Of a DNA stretch of 42,330 bases, positions 26,621-35,427 are shown piece after piece. Position 1 is the first letter of the stretch; each line of letters begins with the position of its first letter. A model generated the notes under the pieces. That model was not told the DNA's origin, did not search any database, and worked only from the letters and a program-made list of their open reading frames with translations. Both the position numbers and the translations under genes were made by a program. The stretch covers positions 1 through 42,330 of the forward strand of contig JBAVOD010000217.1 in NCBI GenBank assembly GCA_049691735.1, given 5' to 3'. The stretch comes from Bacteroidales bacterium. Its GTDB lineage: Bacteria > Bacteroidota > Bacteroidia > Bacteroidales > VadinHA17.

Positions 26621-27301
26621 ATGGGAAATCTGAATAAAAGATCAGTCTATGAAGTTACCAGACTGTGCGGGCTCATGCCAATCGACGGAATATGGGACAA
26701 GCCTGCCTGGGATATTGTCAGGCCTCTTGAACTGACAAGTTTCATGGGTGTGATACCCGTATTCAGACCCGAGGTCAGGGCAAAAATGATGTATGATGAG
26801 GAAAATCTATTTGTAATTTTCAGAGTTGACGACAGGTTTGTCAGATGTGTAACAACCAAGCCGAATGGCCCCGTTTGGGAAGACAGCTGCGTTGAATTTT
26901 TCTTTTCCCCCGATAATGATTTTCCGGAAAAGTACTTTAACCTTGAAATCAATTGCGGGGGTACACCACTGATGCACTACAATATTGTTCCCAGAAAGGA
27001 ATTTATTGAGGTCAGTTATGATGATATCCTGAAAATCCAGATTGCACACTCATTACCTGACCTGACAGATCCGGAAATAGTGGAACCTGTCATCTGGACT
27101 GTCGAGTACAAAATTCCTTTAAGTATTCTGCGTAAGTATTCACCTGTTACAAAGCCGCAACCAGGGGTGGAATGGAAAGCAAATTTTTATAAGTGTGCTG
27201 AGAAAAACTCAAATCCTCATTTCATTACATGGGCAGTTGTTCAAAACAATATACCTGACTTTCATCTGCCCCAATTCTTTGGTACTCTTGGATTTCTGTA
27301 A
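26621..27301 (+). CDS. Carbohydrate-binding family 9-like (DOMON-like) protein with no signal peptide
   Basis: 226-aa ORF. The DGIWDKPAW...FRVDD...DSCVEFFFSP pattern is recalled as a CBM9_2-type domain. Confidence 0.55.
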   Translation: MGNLNKRSVYEVTRLCGLMPIDGIWDKPAWDIVRPLELTSFMGVIPVFRPEVRAKMMYDEENLFVIFRVDDRFVRCVTTKPNGPVWEDSCVEFFFSPDNDFPEKYFNLEINCGGTPLMHYNIVPRKEFIEVSYDDILKIQIAHSLPDLTDPEIVEPVIWTVEYKIPLSILRKYSPVTKPQPGVEWKANFYKCAEKNSNPHFITWAVVQNNIPDFHLPQFFGTLGFL

Positions 27302-27413
27302 TTTTACGAATCCGGATGAATGCCCGAAAGACAATCATCTGCCGAACAAGCAGCTCCCTTGCCGGTTCACTTAAAACGGTCGTCTCACTCTTGCTTATGT
27401 GGCGAAGTAATTC

Positions 27414-29027
27414 CTATTTCTTTGTAAAACGGTCAGTAACGAGGTATTCTGGTGGCTTTCTGTAATTTGTGCTCTGTTCATAGCCATATGCTGTTTCGAT
27501 AAGAACAGGCTCGCTCCATGCCCTGCCGAAAAAGGTGATTCCAACCGGAAGATTGTCAATAAAGCCCATTGGAACAGTTATGGCAGGATAACCTGAGATT
27601 GCAGCAAGTGAGGAACTGCCACCGACAAAGTGATCCCCAAGGATCAGATCGGTCTTCCATGCCGGCGAACCTGTGGGGGCGACAAGCGCATCAAGGTTAA
27701 AAGAATTCATTATCCGGTCTATTCCTTCCTTCCGTGTAGCATTCAGCATTACTTCGAGTGACCTCTTATACTCCGGGGATGAAAGGCCACCTTTCTTCTC
27801 AGCCATTTCGAGGAGCCTTTGTCCGAAAAACCTCAGTTCAACTGTATCGGACTTGTTGAACCCGATAAGCTGCTTGAGCGTCCTTACCGGCGTACTGTCG
27901 CCCAGACCTGCAAAGTACTTTTCAAGCCCGTCCTTGAATTCAAAAAGCATCACATCAAAAGAGGCGTCCTCATAAGCTGAACTTTTTGGCGGCTCCACTT
28001 CTATTAACTCAGCACCTTTCGCCTTCATTAAAAGCAGGGCCTGCCTGAAAAGCGTATCAACAGCGGTCAAATAATCGGAAGATCCCTTTATAACACCTAT
28101 CCGTTTTCCTTTTAGACCATCTTCCCTGAGAAATCCTGTATAGTCTGTCATTGATTTTCCTTCAGATGCCATAGTTTTTGAATCAGCGGTATCGATGCCT
28201 GTCAATGCACCAAGTGCAATGGCTGCGTCTTCAACCGTCCTGGTCATCGGACCGGGAGTATCCTGCGTAAAAGAAATCGGGATGATCCCCGACCTGCTTA
28301 AAAGTCCGACCGTCGGTTTAATGCCCACAACCCCGTTATTGTTCGACGGGCATACAATTGAACCGTTGGTTTCGGTCCCGATTGCCATCATACACAGGTT
28401 TGCTGAGACTGCCACACCTGATCCCGAGCTGGATCCGCACGGATTTCTGTCAAGAACATACGGATTTTTAGTCAATCCTCCCACACCACTCCATCCGCTT
28501 GTAGAGGTCATCGACCTGAAATTCGCCCATTCGCTTAGGTTGGCCTTCCCGAGGATGACCGCTCCTGATTCCCTGAGCTTTTTTGCTATAAAACTGTCGG
28601 TTTTGGGATAAGAGTGCCTTAATATGGTTGCTCCTGCAGTGGTAGGCATTTTGTCGTGCGTATCAATATTATCCTTGAGTAATACGGGTACCCCGAATAA
28701 TGGCCCCCTGGCTTTCCCTTCCGATCTTTCCCTGTCGAGCTCCTGCGCTATCTGAAGGGCATCGGGATTGACAATTATTATCGAGTTCAGTGTAGGCCCG
28801 TTCTTATCTATCTCATTTATCCTGTCAAGATAGGCTGTCACAATCTCAGCAACGGTAAACTTTCCCTCCTCATATCCCTGACGGAGCTGTCTGATTGTCA
28901 TCTCCTGAAGCCAGGATATATCGGGTTTTGCAGTTACTTTCGGTTTTGCTTCCTTTTGCTTGCACGAGGGCAGGATTATTACCGCAAGAAGAAATATTAT
29001 CCAATGATTGATACAACTCGTTTTCAT
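27414..29027 (-). CDS. Amidase-signature (AS) family amidase, probable lipoprotein
   Basis: 537 aa. Signal/lipobox-like N-terminus ...IILPSCKQ. AS motifs LLKDNIDT and GSSSGSGVAVSA. Confidence 0.85.
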   Translation of the reverse strand: MKTSCINHWIIFLLAVIILPSCKQKEAKPKVTAKPDISWLQEMTIRQLRQGYEEGKFTVAEIVTAYLDRINEIDKNGPTLNSIIIVNPDALQIAQELDRERSEGKARGPLFGVPVLLKDNIDTHDKMPTTAGATILRHSYPKTDSFIAKKLRESGAVILGKANLSEWANFRSMTSTSGWSGVGGLTKNPYVLDRNPCGSSSGSGVAVSANLCMMAIGTETNGSIVCPSNNNGVVGIKPTVGLLSRSGIIPISFTQDTPGPMTRTVEDAAIALGALTGIDTADSKTMASEGKSMTDYTGFLREDGLKGKRIGVIKGSSDYLTAVDTLFRQALLLMKAKGAELIEVEPPKSSAYEDASFDVMLFEFKDGLEKYFAGLGDSTPVRTLKQLIGFNKSDTVELRFFGQRLLEMAEKKGGLSSPEYKRSLEVMLNATRKEGIDRIMNSFNLDALVAPTGSPAWKTDLILGDHFVGGSSSLAAISGYPAITVPMGFIDNLPVGITFFGRAWSEPVLIETAYGYEQSTNYRKPPEYLVTDRFTKK

Positions 29028-29130
29028 GGCTGATTCGGGTTAAAAGGTAAAGATAATTAAGGGTAGCTATATTTAGCTTTATTTATCAGCCGGATTAATT
29101 TAATTTTTTATCTTTCATACTTTATTGGAC

Positions 29131-30201
29131 ATGAAAAACATCTATCTGCAACTATCGGAGGGGGACCCCGATATTTCAGGCCTTGCCCTTGCAACTGTGA
29201 CCACGACCGCCGGGTCGACTCCCCAGAAAGCAGGGAGTTCGGCGCTGTTTGGCATCAAAGGTCTCATTTCAGGTACAATAGGGGGTGGCATTGTTGAAGG
29301 GAAGGTGCAGGAGAAAGCCAGAGTTGCCGTTTCTTCAGGAAAACCGGGCCACTATACATTCAGGCTCGACAACAGCGCATCAGATGGCGAAGATGCATTG
29401 TGCGGCGGAAGGATAAGCGTACTTCTTGATTCAAACCTGAATGTTCACAGGAAGGTGTTCAATTCAGCCAGGATGTCAACTGAAGCCAGGATCCCCGGCG
29501 TCCTGATCACTATTGTTACTGAACCTGAGGCTGAAAGGATAGATATCAAAAGGTATTGGATGACAGATACTTTATCTCCGGAATTGCCTTTTCAGTTCAC
29601 GACCCGCATCGGACAGGAGGCAAAAAGCGTACTTTCAGGCTCAGATCCTGACGATTTTCGTAAAATTGATCTTAAAAGTTCAGCTGATGAACCTGATCGT
29701 TTTGCGCTTATTGAACCTGTCATTCCTGCCCCCCGTTTGATAATTGCCGGGGCAGGTCATATCGGAAAGGCTCTTTCAAAAATAGGACAGATGCTCGGAT
29801 TCGAAGTGACGGTTATCGATGACAGGCCCGAATTTGCCAATCGCGGGAATATACCTGATGCTGATCACATAATTGCCGCTGACATCGGGGAGTCGATTGC
29901 CGCAACTGAAAAGGACAGGCATACCTATATTGTAATTGTAACACGCGGACACAGGGATGATGCGAGTGCCCTGAAGGCCTGCATCGGCTCGGGAGCCGCT
30001 TACACAGGTATGATCGGCAGCAAAAATAAGGTTGCCATGATGAAGAAGGAATTCCTTTCCGGCGGATGGGCTTCGCAGGAGCAATGGGATGCCATCTATG
30101 CCCCGGTAGGAGTGGATATAGGCTCAAGAACAGTTGAAGAAATAGCTGTCAGTATTGCAGCACAGCTTGTTGAAGTGAAAAACATTAAGAACAGGAAGTA
30201 G
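29131..30201 (+). CDS. xdhC: XdhC/CoxI-family molybdenum-hydroxylase maturation factor
   Basis: About 356 aa. Rossmann-like LIIAGAGHIGKAL and C-terminal VIVTRGHRDD motifs. ATG 29131 is preferred over the TTG at 29125 used by the track. Confidence 0.8.
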   Translation: MKNIYLQLSEGDPDISGLALATVTTTAGSTPQKAGSSALFGIKGLISGTIGGGIVEGKVQEKARVAVSSGKPGHYTFRLDNSASDGEDALCGGRISVLLDSNLNVHRKVFNSARMSTEARIPGVLITIVTEPEAERIDIKRYWMTDTLSPELPFQFTTRIGQEAKSVLSGSDPDDFRKIDLKSSADEPDRFALIEPVIPAPRLIIAGAGHIGKALSKIGQMLGFEVTVIDDRPEFANRGNIPDADHIIAADIGESIAATEKDRHTYIVIVTRGHRDDASALKACIGSGAAYTGMIGSKNKVAMMKKEFLSGGWASQEQWDAIYAPVGVDIGSRTVEEIAVSIAAQLVEVKNIKNRK

Positions 30202-30230
30202 AAGAAACATCATACCCGAATAATTGTTAA

Positions 30231-30833
30231 GTGGAAAAGACCTTACAAATCTGGGCAATCATACTTGCTGCGGGAGAATCGAAAAGGATGATGTCACCCA
30301 AAATGCTTCTTCCTTTCAGAGGCAGTACTATTATTGAAACGGTCATTACAAATGCAGGCAGATCCGAAGTTGACGGATCGCTGGTTGTGCTCGGGGCATT
30401 CAGGGAAGAAATTGGTGCTCTTATAAGAAATAGACCTGTAATTCAATGTTTTAACGAATATTACAAACTCGGGATGCTTTCGTCTGTAAAATGCGGGTTC
30501 AGGAATCTTCCCCCGGAATGCTCGGCCGCACTCGTATTCCAGGGCGATCAGCCGCTCATTGAACCTGTCGTTATAAACACGGTCATCTCAAGTTACAGGA
30601 AATGGGGAAAAAGAATAGTGATCCCGGTCTGCAACGGCAAAAGGGGACACCCGCTTCTGATTGACTGCAGGCTGAAGGATGCGGTGGCTGAACTGGATGA
30701 CGCTGAAGGATTGCGTTCGCTTGCCGGCATTTACCCTGATGATGTGCTGGAAGTCGAAACAAATTCTCCTTCAATCCTGAAGGATTTTGATACAATTGAA
30801 GATTATCAGAATGAAATAAATCAAAAGAATTAG
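30231..30833 (+). CDS. mocA: MobA-like nucleotidyltransferase, probable molybdenum cofactor cytidylyltransferase
   Basis: 200 aa. N-terminal IILAAGESKRM motif. A GTG start is forced because no ATG lies upstream of the motif. Confidence 0.75.
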   Translation: MEKTLQIWAIILAAGESKRMMSPKMLLPFRGSTIIETVITNAGRSEVDGSLVVLGAFREEIGALIRNRPVIQCFNEYYKLGMLSSVKCGFRNLPPECSAALVFQGDQPLIEPVVINTVISSYRKWGKRIVIPVCNGKRGHPLLIDCRLKDAVAELDDAEGLRSLAGIYPDDVLEVETNSPSILKDFDTIEDYQNEINQKN

Positions 30834-30836
30834 ACT

Positions 30837-31319
30837 ATGGAACAAAAAATCAGTTTTAACCTCAACGGCAAAAAGACCGAAATACTGACCGATCCGGCGC
30901 AAACCCTGCTCTGGGTGCTGAGGAATCAGTTAGGTCTTACCGGGACCAAGTTTGGTTGCGGTATGGGATTCTGCGGCGCATGCACGGTACTGATAAACAG
31001 GGAACCGGTCAGGTCTTGCATGCTTCCTGTAAGCGATGCTGCAGGAAAAGAAATTATAACTATTGAGGGCCTGGCAAAGGGCGGCAAACTTCACCCTGTA
31101 CAGAAGGCATTTATTGATCATGATGCATTGCAGTGCGGATATTGTACCCCCGGTATGATCCTGACAGCAGCAGGATTGCTCATGAAGAAACCGGATGTTA
31201 CCCGTCAGGAAATTATTGACGGCATGGAAGACAACCTCTGCCGGTGCGGCACTTATAACAGGATAATCGATGCAGTTGAGAGCGCTTCAAAAGAAATGAA
31301 AGGAGGGAAACAGTCATGA
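30837..31319 (+). CDS. [2Fe-2S]-binding small subunit of a molybdenum hydroxylase (IorA/aldehyde oxidoreductase type)
   Basis: 160 aa. Motifs GCGMGFCGACTV, CGYCTPGM and CRCGTY. Confidence 0.9.
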   Translation: MEQKISFNLNGKKTEILTDPAQTLLWVLRNQLGLTGTKFGCGMGFCGACTVLINREPVRSCMLPVSDAAGKEIITIEGLAKGGKLHPVQKAFIDHDALQCGYCTPGMILTAAGLLMKKPDVTRQEIIDGMEDNLCRCGTYNRIIDAVESASKEMKGGKQS

Positions 31320-33469
31320 AGAAACTGGAATTAAAAAAAGAAACTGATCCGGGTAAGGCTAAAAACAACCGGTTGAAAAGACGAAGCTTCGTTAAACTGA
31401 TGGGTGGTGGCATTTTCATTTTCTTCCAGCCATTTAATGTTCTGGATATTTTCGGTGCTCCGCTTGATCAGAGACGTTCCCTGCCGAAGGACTACAATGC
31501 GTTCGTTCAGATTACCCAGGACGGGACCGTTAACTGTTTTACAGGCAAAATTGAGATGGGCCAGGGAATTATCACTTCGCTTGCTCAGGAAATGGCTGAT
31601 GCTCTGAACGTTCCTCTTGAAAAAGTTAAAATGGTAATGGGCGACACCGACCTTTGTCCATGGGATGCCGGAACCTGGGGATCACAATCAACCCAGACCT
31701 TCGGGCCGGCGATGCTGGCCGCTGCTGCTGAAGCAAGGGGAGTGCTCACTGAAATGGCTGCCTCAAAGCTCGGCGTTCCTGCCTCGCAACTTGAAGTAAG
31801 GGAAGGCATCGTTGTCGATACCCGGAATCCGAAGAACAGGATAAGCTATGCCCAGCTTGCCAGGGGCCAGAAACTTGAGAAGTATCTTGATATCAAACCA
31901 TCGGTTGAAGATTATAAGAAATTTACATATATAGGAAAATCGTATAAACACAGCGATGCTCAATTGAAAGCAACCGGCCAGGCAAGGTATGCAGGTGACC
32001 TGAAGCTGCCGGGAATGGTCTTTGCAAGAATATTGCGCCCGCCGTCGCATGGCGCCAAACTCAGCTCAGTTGATGTTTCGGGAGCGGAAAAAGTGGCAGG
32101 CACACAGGTTGTCCGCGATGGAGATTTTATTGCGGTACTGAACGAAAACCGCGACAGGGCTGATGAGGCAATTGTCAAAATAAAGGCTGAATACACATTC
32201 AATGAACTGAAAGTCAATGATGTGAACCTTTGGGACCGGATGGTAGGAGCTGATTCCAGAGTAAATGTGATGCGTTCGACAGGCGATCTTGATGCTGGCC
32301 TTAAAGCATCTGACAAAGTCTTTGAGTCTGAATTTCATGATCCATACCTTGCACACGCCTCAATCGAAACGCATACCGCCCTGGCAAAGCTTGAAGGTGA
32401 CAAGATGACGGTCTGGGCTTCCACCCAGTCACCTTTCGGGTTACAGGACGGAATAGTGCGCGAGCTTGGCTATCCGCTTGAGAAAGTAAGGGTCATAACC
32501 CCTTTTGTCGGTGGAGGTTTCGGAGGGAAAGCTGCTTATCAGCAGGGAGTGGAAGCAGCACGGCTGGTCAAACTTACGGGCAAACCGGTGATGGTTGTCT
32601 GGACACGTGACGAAGAATTCTTTTATGACACCTTTCATCCGGCAGGGGTTTACAGGATCAAATCGGGTATCGATAATTCGGGCCTTATAAAATTGTGGGA
32701 CTATAGCTTGTACTATGGCGGATCGAGAGGTTCCGACACTATTTACGATGTCCCTAACTCAAGGACATCCAGCTACAGCCAGAACATGGATACGGTGGAG
32801 ATCCATCCTTTTGCCACCGGGCCCTGGCGTGCTCCGAACAACAATGCCAATACATTTGCCAGGGAATCACAGATCGACATTATGGCCTCGGCTGCAGGCA
32901 TTGATCCGCTGGAATTCCGTATGAAGAATCTGAAGGACGAAAAGATGATCGCCTGCTGGAATACGGTCGCCGAAATGTTCAATTATGTGCCCGGAAAGAC
33001 ACCATCAGGAAGAGGCATCGGGATTGCCTGTGGTACCGACGCGGGTACCTGGGTGGCTATGATGGCAGAGGTAAAGGTGGATAAGAGTACCGGTAAAGTT
33101 CAGGTTGTACGAGTATCGTGCGCTCAGGATATGGGCCTGTGTGTCAACCCCGAGGGAGCTCTCATCCAGATGGAGGGGTGTATAAATATGGGTCTTGGTT
33201 ATACTCTGAGCGAAGAGATCCGGTTTGAAGGAGGCGATGTGAAGAACAGGAATTTCGACACCTACGAAATACCTCATTTTTCATGGGTGCCGAAGCTTGA
33301 CTGCAAGATACTCAACAGGCAGGACCAGCCTCCGAAGGGTGGCGGTGAACCGGCAATTATCACGGTGGGAGCAGCAGTTGCAAATGCAATATATGATGCG
33401 ACCGGGGCAAGACTCTACCAGATGCCAATGACACCTGAAAGAGTACTTAAAGCCATGAAAATGGTCTGA
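31316..33469 (+). CDS. Molybdopterin-binding large subunit of a molybdenum hydroxylase (IorB/aldehyde oxidase type) with a Tat signal
   Basis: 717 aa. Twin-arginine N-terminus NRLKRRSFVKLMGGGIFIFF. VGGGFGGKA motif. 4-nt overlap with the small subunit. Confidence 0.9.
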   Translation: MKKLELKKETDPGKAKNNRLKRRSFVKLMGGGIFIFFQPFNVLDIFGAPLDQRRSLPKDYNAFVQITQDGTVNCFTGKIEMGQGIITSLAQEMADALNVPLEKVKMVMGDTDLCPWDAGTWGSQSTQTFGPAMLAAAAEARGVLTEMAASKLGVPASQLEVREGIVVDTRNPKNRISYAQLARGQKLEKYLDIKPSVEDYKKFTYIGKSYKHSDAQLKATGQARYAGDLKLPGMVFARILRPPSHGAKLSSVDVSGAEKVAGTQVVRDGDFIAVLNENRDRADEAIVKIKAEYTFNELKVNDVNLWDRMVGADSRVNVMRSTGDLDAGLKASDKVFESEFHDPYLAHASIETHTALAKLEGDKMTVWASTQSPFGLQDGIVRELGYPLEKVRVITPFVGGGFGGKAAYQQGVEAARLVKLTGKPVMVVWTRDEEFFYDTFHPAGVYRIKSGIDNSGLIKLWDYSLYYGGSRGSDTIYDVPNSRTSSYSQNMDTVEIHPFATGPWRAPNNNANTFARESQIDIMASAAGIDPLEFRMKNLKDEKMIACWNTVAEMFNYVPGKTPSGRGIGIACGTDAGTWVAMMAEVKVDKSTGKVQVVRVSCAQDMGLCVNPEGALIQMEGCINMGLGYTLSEEIRFEGGDVKNRNFDTYEIPHFSWVPKLDCKILNRQDQPPKGGGEPAIITVGAAVANAIYDATGARLYQMPMTPERVLKAMKMV

Positions 33470-33556
33470 GACAGGCCGCCGGGTTTTTACAGAGAGAAGA
33501 TGCACTTATTGCCCCCTATAATCGAAATGGGGAGGTAGAGGCCGATCATATATATT

Positions 33557-34105
33557 TCAGTAAATAATAAGGAACAATAACGGAAGGATCACTCCCGTGG
33601 CCGTCAGGATCGCACCTCTCCGTGTTATCCCGTTTTTGCCTTTTATTATGAAAAGACCTGTTATTGTAACCAGTACCAGGGCTATGCAAAAAATATCACT
33701 GAAATATTTCCACCATTTTCCCGGATTGTAATGCAGGAAATTGATCTGGTAAAAGACCGGCCTCCTGCTAACCTTCTCAACATAACCTTCACCAGTTTCG
33801 GTGTTTATTCTGACTGAGCCGCCCTCAACAAAGACAGTGAGTATATTCCCTGACGGGAAGTAGTAAGCTTTATACTCAGGCGTTCCGGGGATCTTTTTGA
33901 GGAGGCCGAGTACGATATCCTCATTAAGATTCTCCCTGGAAATTTTAATATCAGTTGTAAATGGCTGATTTACTATTATATAATTAGGATTCCAGTCGTA
34001 CTTGTGATTGAGGGCAATTCCGGAGACCGCATATATTATTGTAACACCGGCAATAAGGTATCCCAGATCACGATGGGTGATTCGGTTCAGTTTAGGCAGG
34101 TTCAC
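33557..34105 (-). CDS. PepSY-associated TM-helix family membrane protein
   Basis: 182 aa. N-terminal ITHRDLGYLIAGVTIIYAVSGIALNH and two C-terminal TM segments. The family call is from memory. Confidence 0.6.
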   Translation of the reverse strand: MNLPKLNRITHRDLGYLIAGVTIIYAVSGIALNHKYDWNPNYIIVNQPFTTDIKISRENLNEDIVLGLLKKIPGTPEYKAYYFPSGNILTVFVEGGSVRINTETGEGYVEKVSRRPVFYQINFLHYNPGKWWKYFSDIFCIALVLVTITGLFIIKGKNGITRRGAILTATGVILPLLFLIIY

Positions 34106-34142
34106 TACAGAATGTTATGAGGTTACAGACTTCCCTTGGTCT

Positions 34143-34655
34143 CTATTTCAGCACTGTGTGCCTGCTGTATACCATCATCAGGTCTGAAAGGACCGGCTGT
34201 GCAGCAAGTGCTTTCCCGGTTTCACATGTATCGGCGCCCATGGCTTTGGTATCCGGCGTGACTTCATCCGTGGCTGACGGGCTCATCGAATTACCTTCGT
34301 TCATGCCGGCGGCTGAAATCCTTGTTATTGTACCTTCAACTTCTATCTGATTGCCAAGCAGTTCCACCGGGAACCTGGGCATCTCTTCACCTGCTTCAAT
34401 GTAAAGCCTTATATCGGGATTTTCGCCTGTGATGAAAAGCTTTTTGCCGCTCATTGTGCAGACATGAACTACTTTCCCTTCAACACTGATCGTTTTTCCG
34501 ACATAATTCCCCGGATTTTCAGTAAGCAAGGCAAACGCAACTTTTTCAGCAGTTGAAGATGTCCCGGATTTTACCGTATCTGCTTTTTTACCCTGATTTC
34601 CGCATGAAATCAGCAGGGCAGCTGTTGTTAACAAGGTTAAAAGAACTTTTATCAT
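34143..34655 (-). CDS. Lipoprotein of unknown function
   Basis: 170 aa. Lipobox AALLISCGNQ. 37 nt upstream of, and co-oriented with, the PepSY-TM gene. Confidence 0.55.
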   Translation of the reverse strand: MIKVLLTLLTTAALLISCGNQGKKADTVKSGTSSTAEKVAFALLTENPGNYVGKTISVEGKVVHVCTMSGKKLFITGENPDIRLYIEAGEEMPRFPVELLGNQIEVEGTITRISAAGMNEGNSMSPSATDEVTPDTKAMGADTCETGKALAAQPVLSDLMMVYSRHTVLK

Positions 34656-34773
34656 AATTGATCAGGTTTAGTTAAGGTTTCAATTATTCAACAATCTTCG
34701 CGAATATAGAAAATTTATTTTTTGAATTTGTTTTATATGGCAGTAACATAATAATGATTTACGGGGGAATATT

Positions 34774-34781
34774 TACCTTTG
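34774..34781 (+). promoter_or_regulatory. Candidate -7 box TACCTTTG for the 34826 gene
   Basis: Exact TAnnTTTG match 44 nt upstream of the ATG. Confidence 0.35.
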
Positions 34782-34825
34782 ATTCAATGTCTAATAATTT
34801 ATGAACCAATAAAACTTTGTAAAAC

Positions 34826-35350
34826 ATGAAAAAAAATTTGATTTCAAAGGTATTGTCCGGTACGGTCATACTTTCATTCCTATTCATGCCCCTGGCTTTG
34901 AATGCGCAGGCCGGTAAAGCCAATTTTGCCGGAAAATGGGCATTTAATGAAGGGAAGAGCAATTTAGGAGATTCTCAAGGCGGAGGTAGGATGATGGGTG
35001 GAGGCGGCAATTTCACTGCAACCCAGGAAGCAAATCTCCTCACGGTTGAAAGGACAAGAACTAATCAGGATGGACAGGCAGTGACTACAACCAGCAAATA
35101 CACGCTCGACGGGAAAGAGAGTGTTAATTCCACCGGAAGAGGTGAAAGCAAATCTGTTGCAACATGGTCTCCTGACGGCAAAACCCTTACAATTTTAACA
35201 ACAAGGACTTTTGAGCGTGATGGACAATCGATGGAAATGAAATCAACTGAAGTGTGGAGCCTTATCAGCCCGACTTCCCTTCAGATTGTTAACACCATGA
35301 ATACACCTAATGGTGAGCGTAAAACAACAATGGTCTACGACAAACAATAA
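34826..35350 (+). CDS. Small secreted beta-rich protein (lipocalin-like?) with a Gly-rich segment
   Basis: 174 aa. Signal peptide ...FMPLALNAQA. GGGRMMGGGG tract. Bracketed by a candidate promoter and a strong terminator. Confidence 0.6.
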   Translation: MKKNLISKVLSGTVILSFLFMPLALNAQAGKANFAGKWAFNEGKSNLGDSQGGGRMMGGGGNFTATQEANLLTVERTRTNQDGQAVTTTSKYTLDGKESVNSTGRGESKSVATWSPDGKTLTILTTRTFERDGQSMEMKSTEVWSLISPTSLQIVNTMNTPNGERKTTMVYDKQ

Positions 35351-35372
35351 TGCTGAAAAGCTGACACCCTGT

Positions 35373-35405
35373 AAAAAACGCAAGGATCCATGCCTTGCGT
35401 TTTTT
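35373..35405. terminator. Bidirectional rho-independent terminator
   Basis: AAAAAACGCAAGG (35373-35385), a 7-nt loop atccatg, then CCTTGCGTTTTTT (35393-35405). This is a 13-bp perfect stem with an A-tract and T-tract, between convergent genes. Confidence 0.8.
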
Positions 35406-35427
35406 CATTTCATAATACCGGCAGAAA

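Noticed and set aside
33470-33556. Possible terminator between the convergent Mo-subunit and PepSY-TM genes (ggccgccgggttttt; CCCC...GGGG)
   Set aside because: The stems are only 3-5 bp with large or impossible loops, so this is not convincing as an intrinsic terminator.
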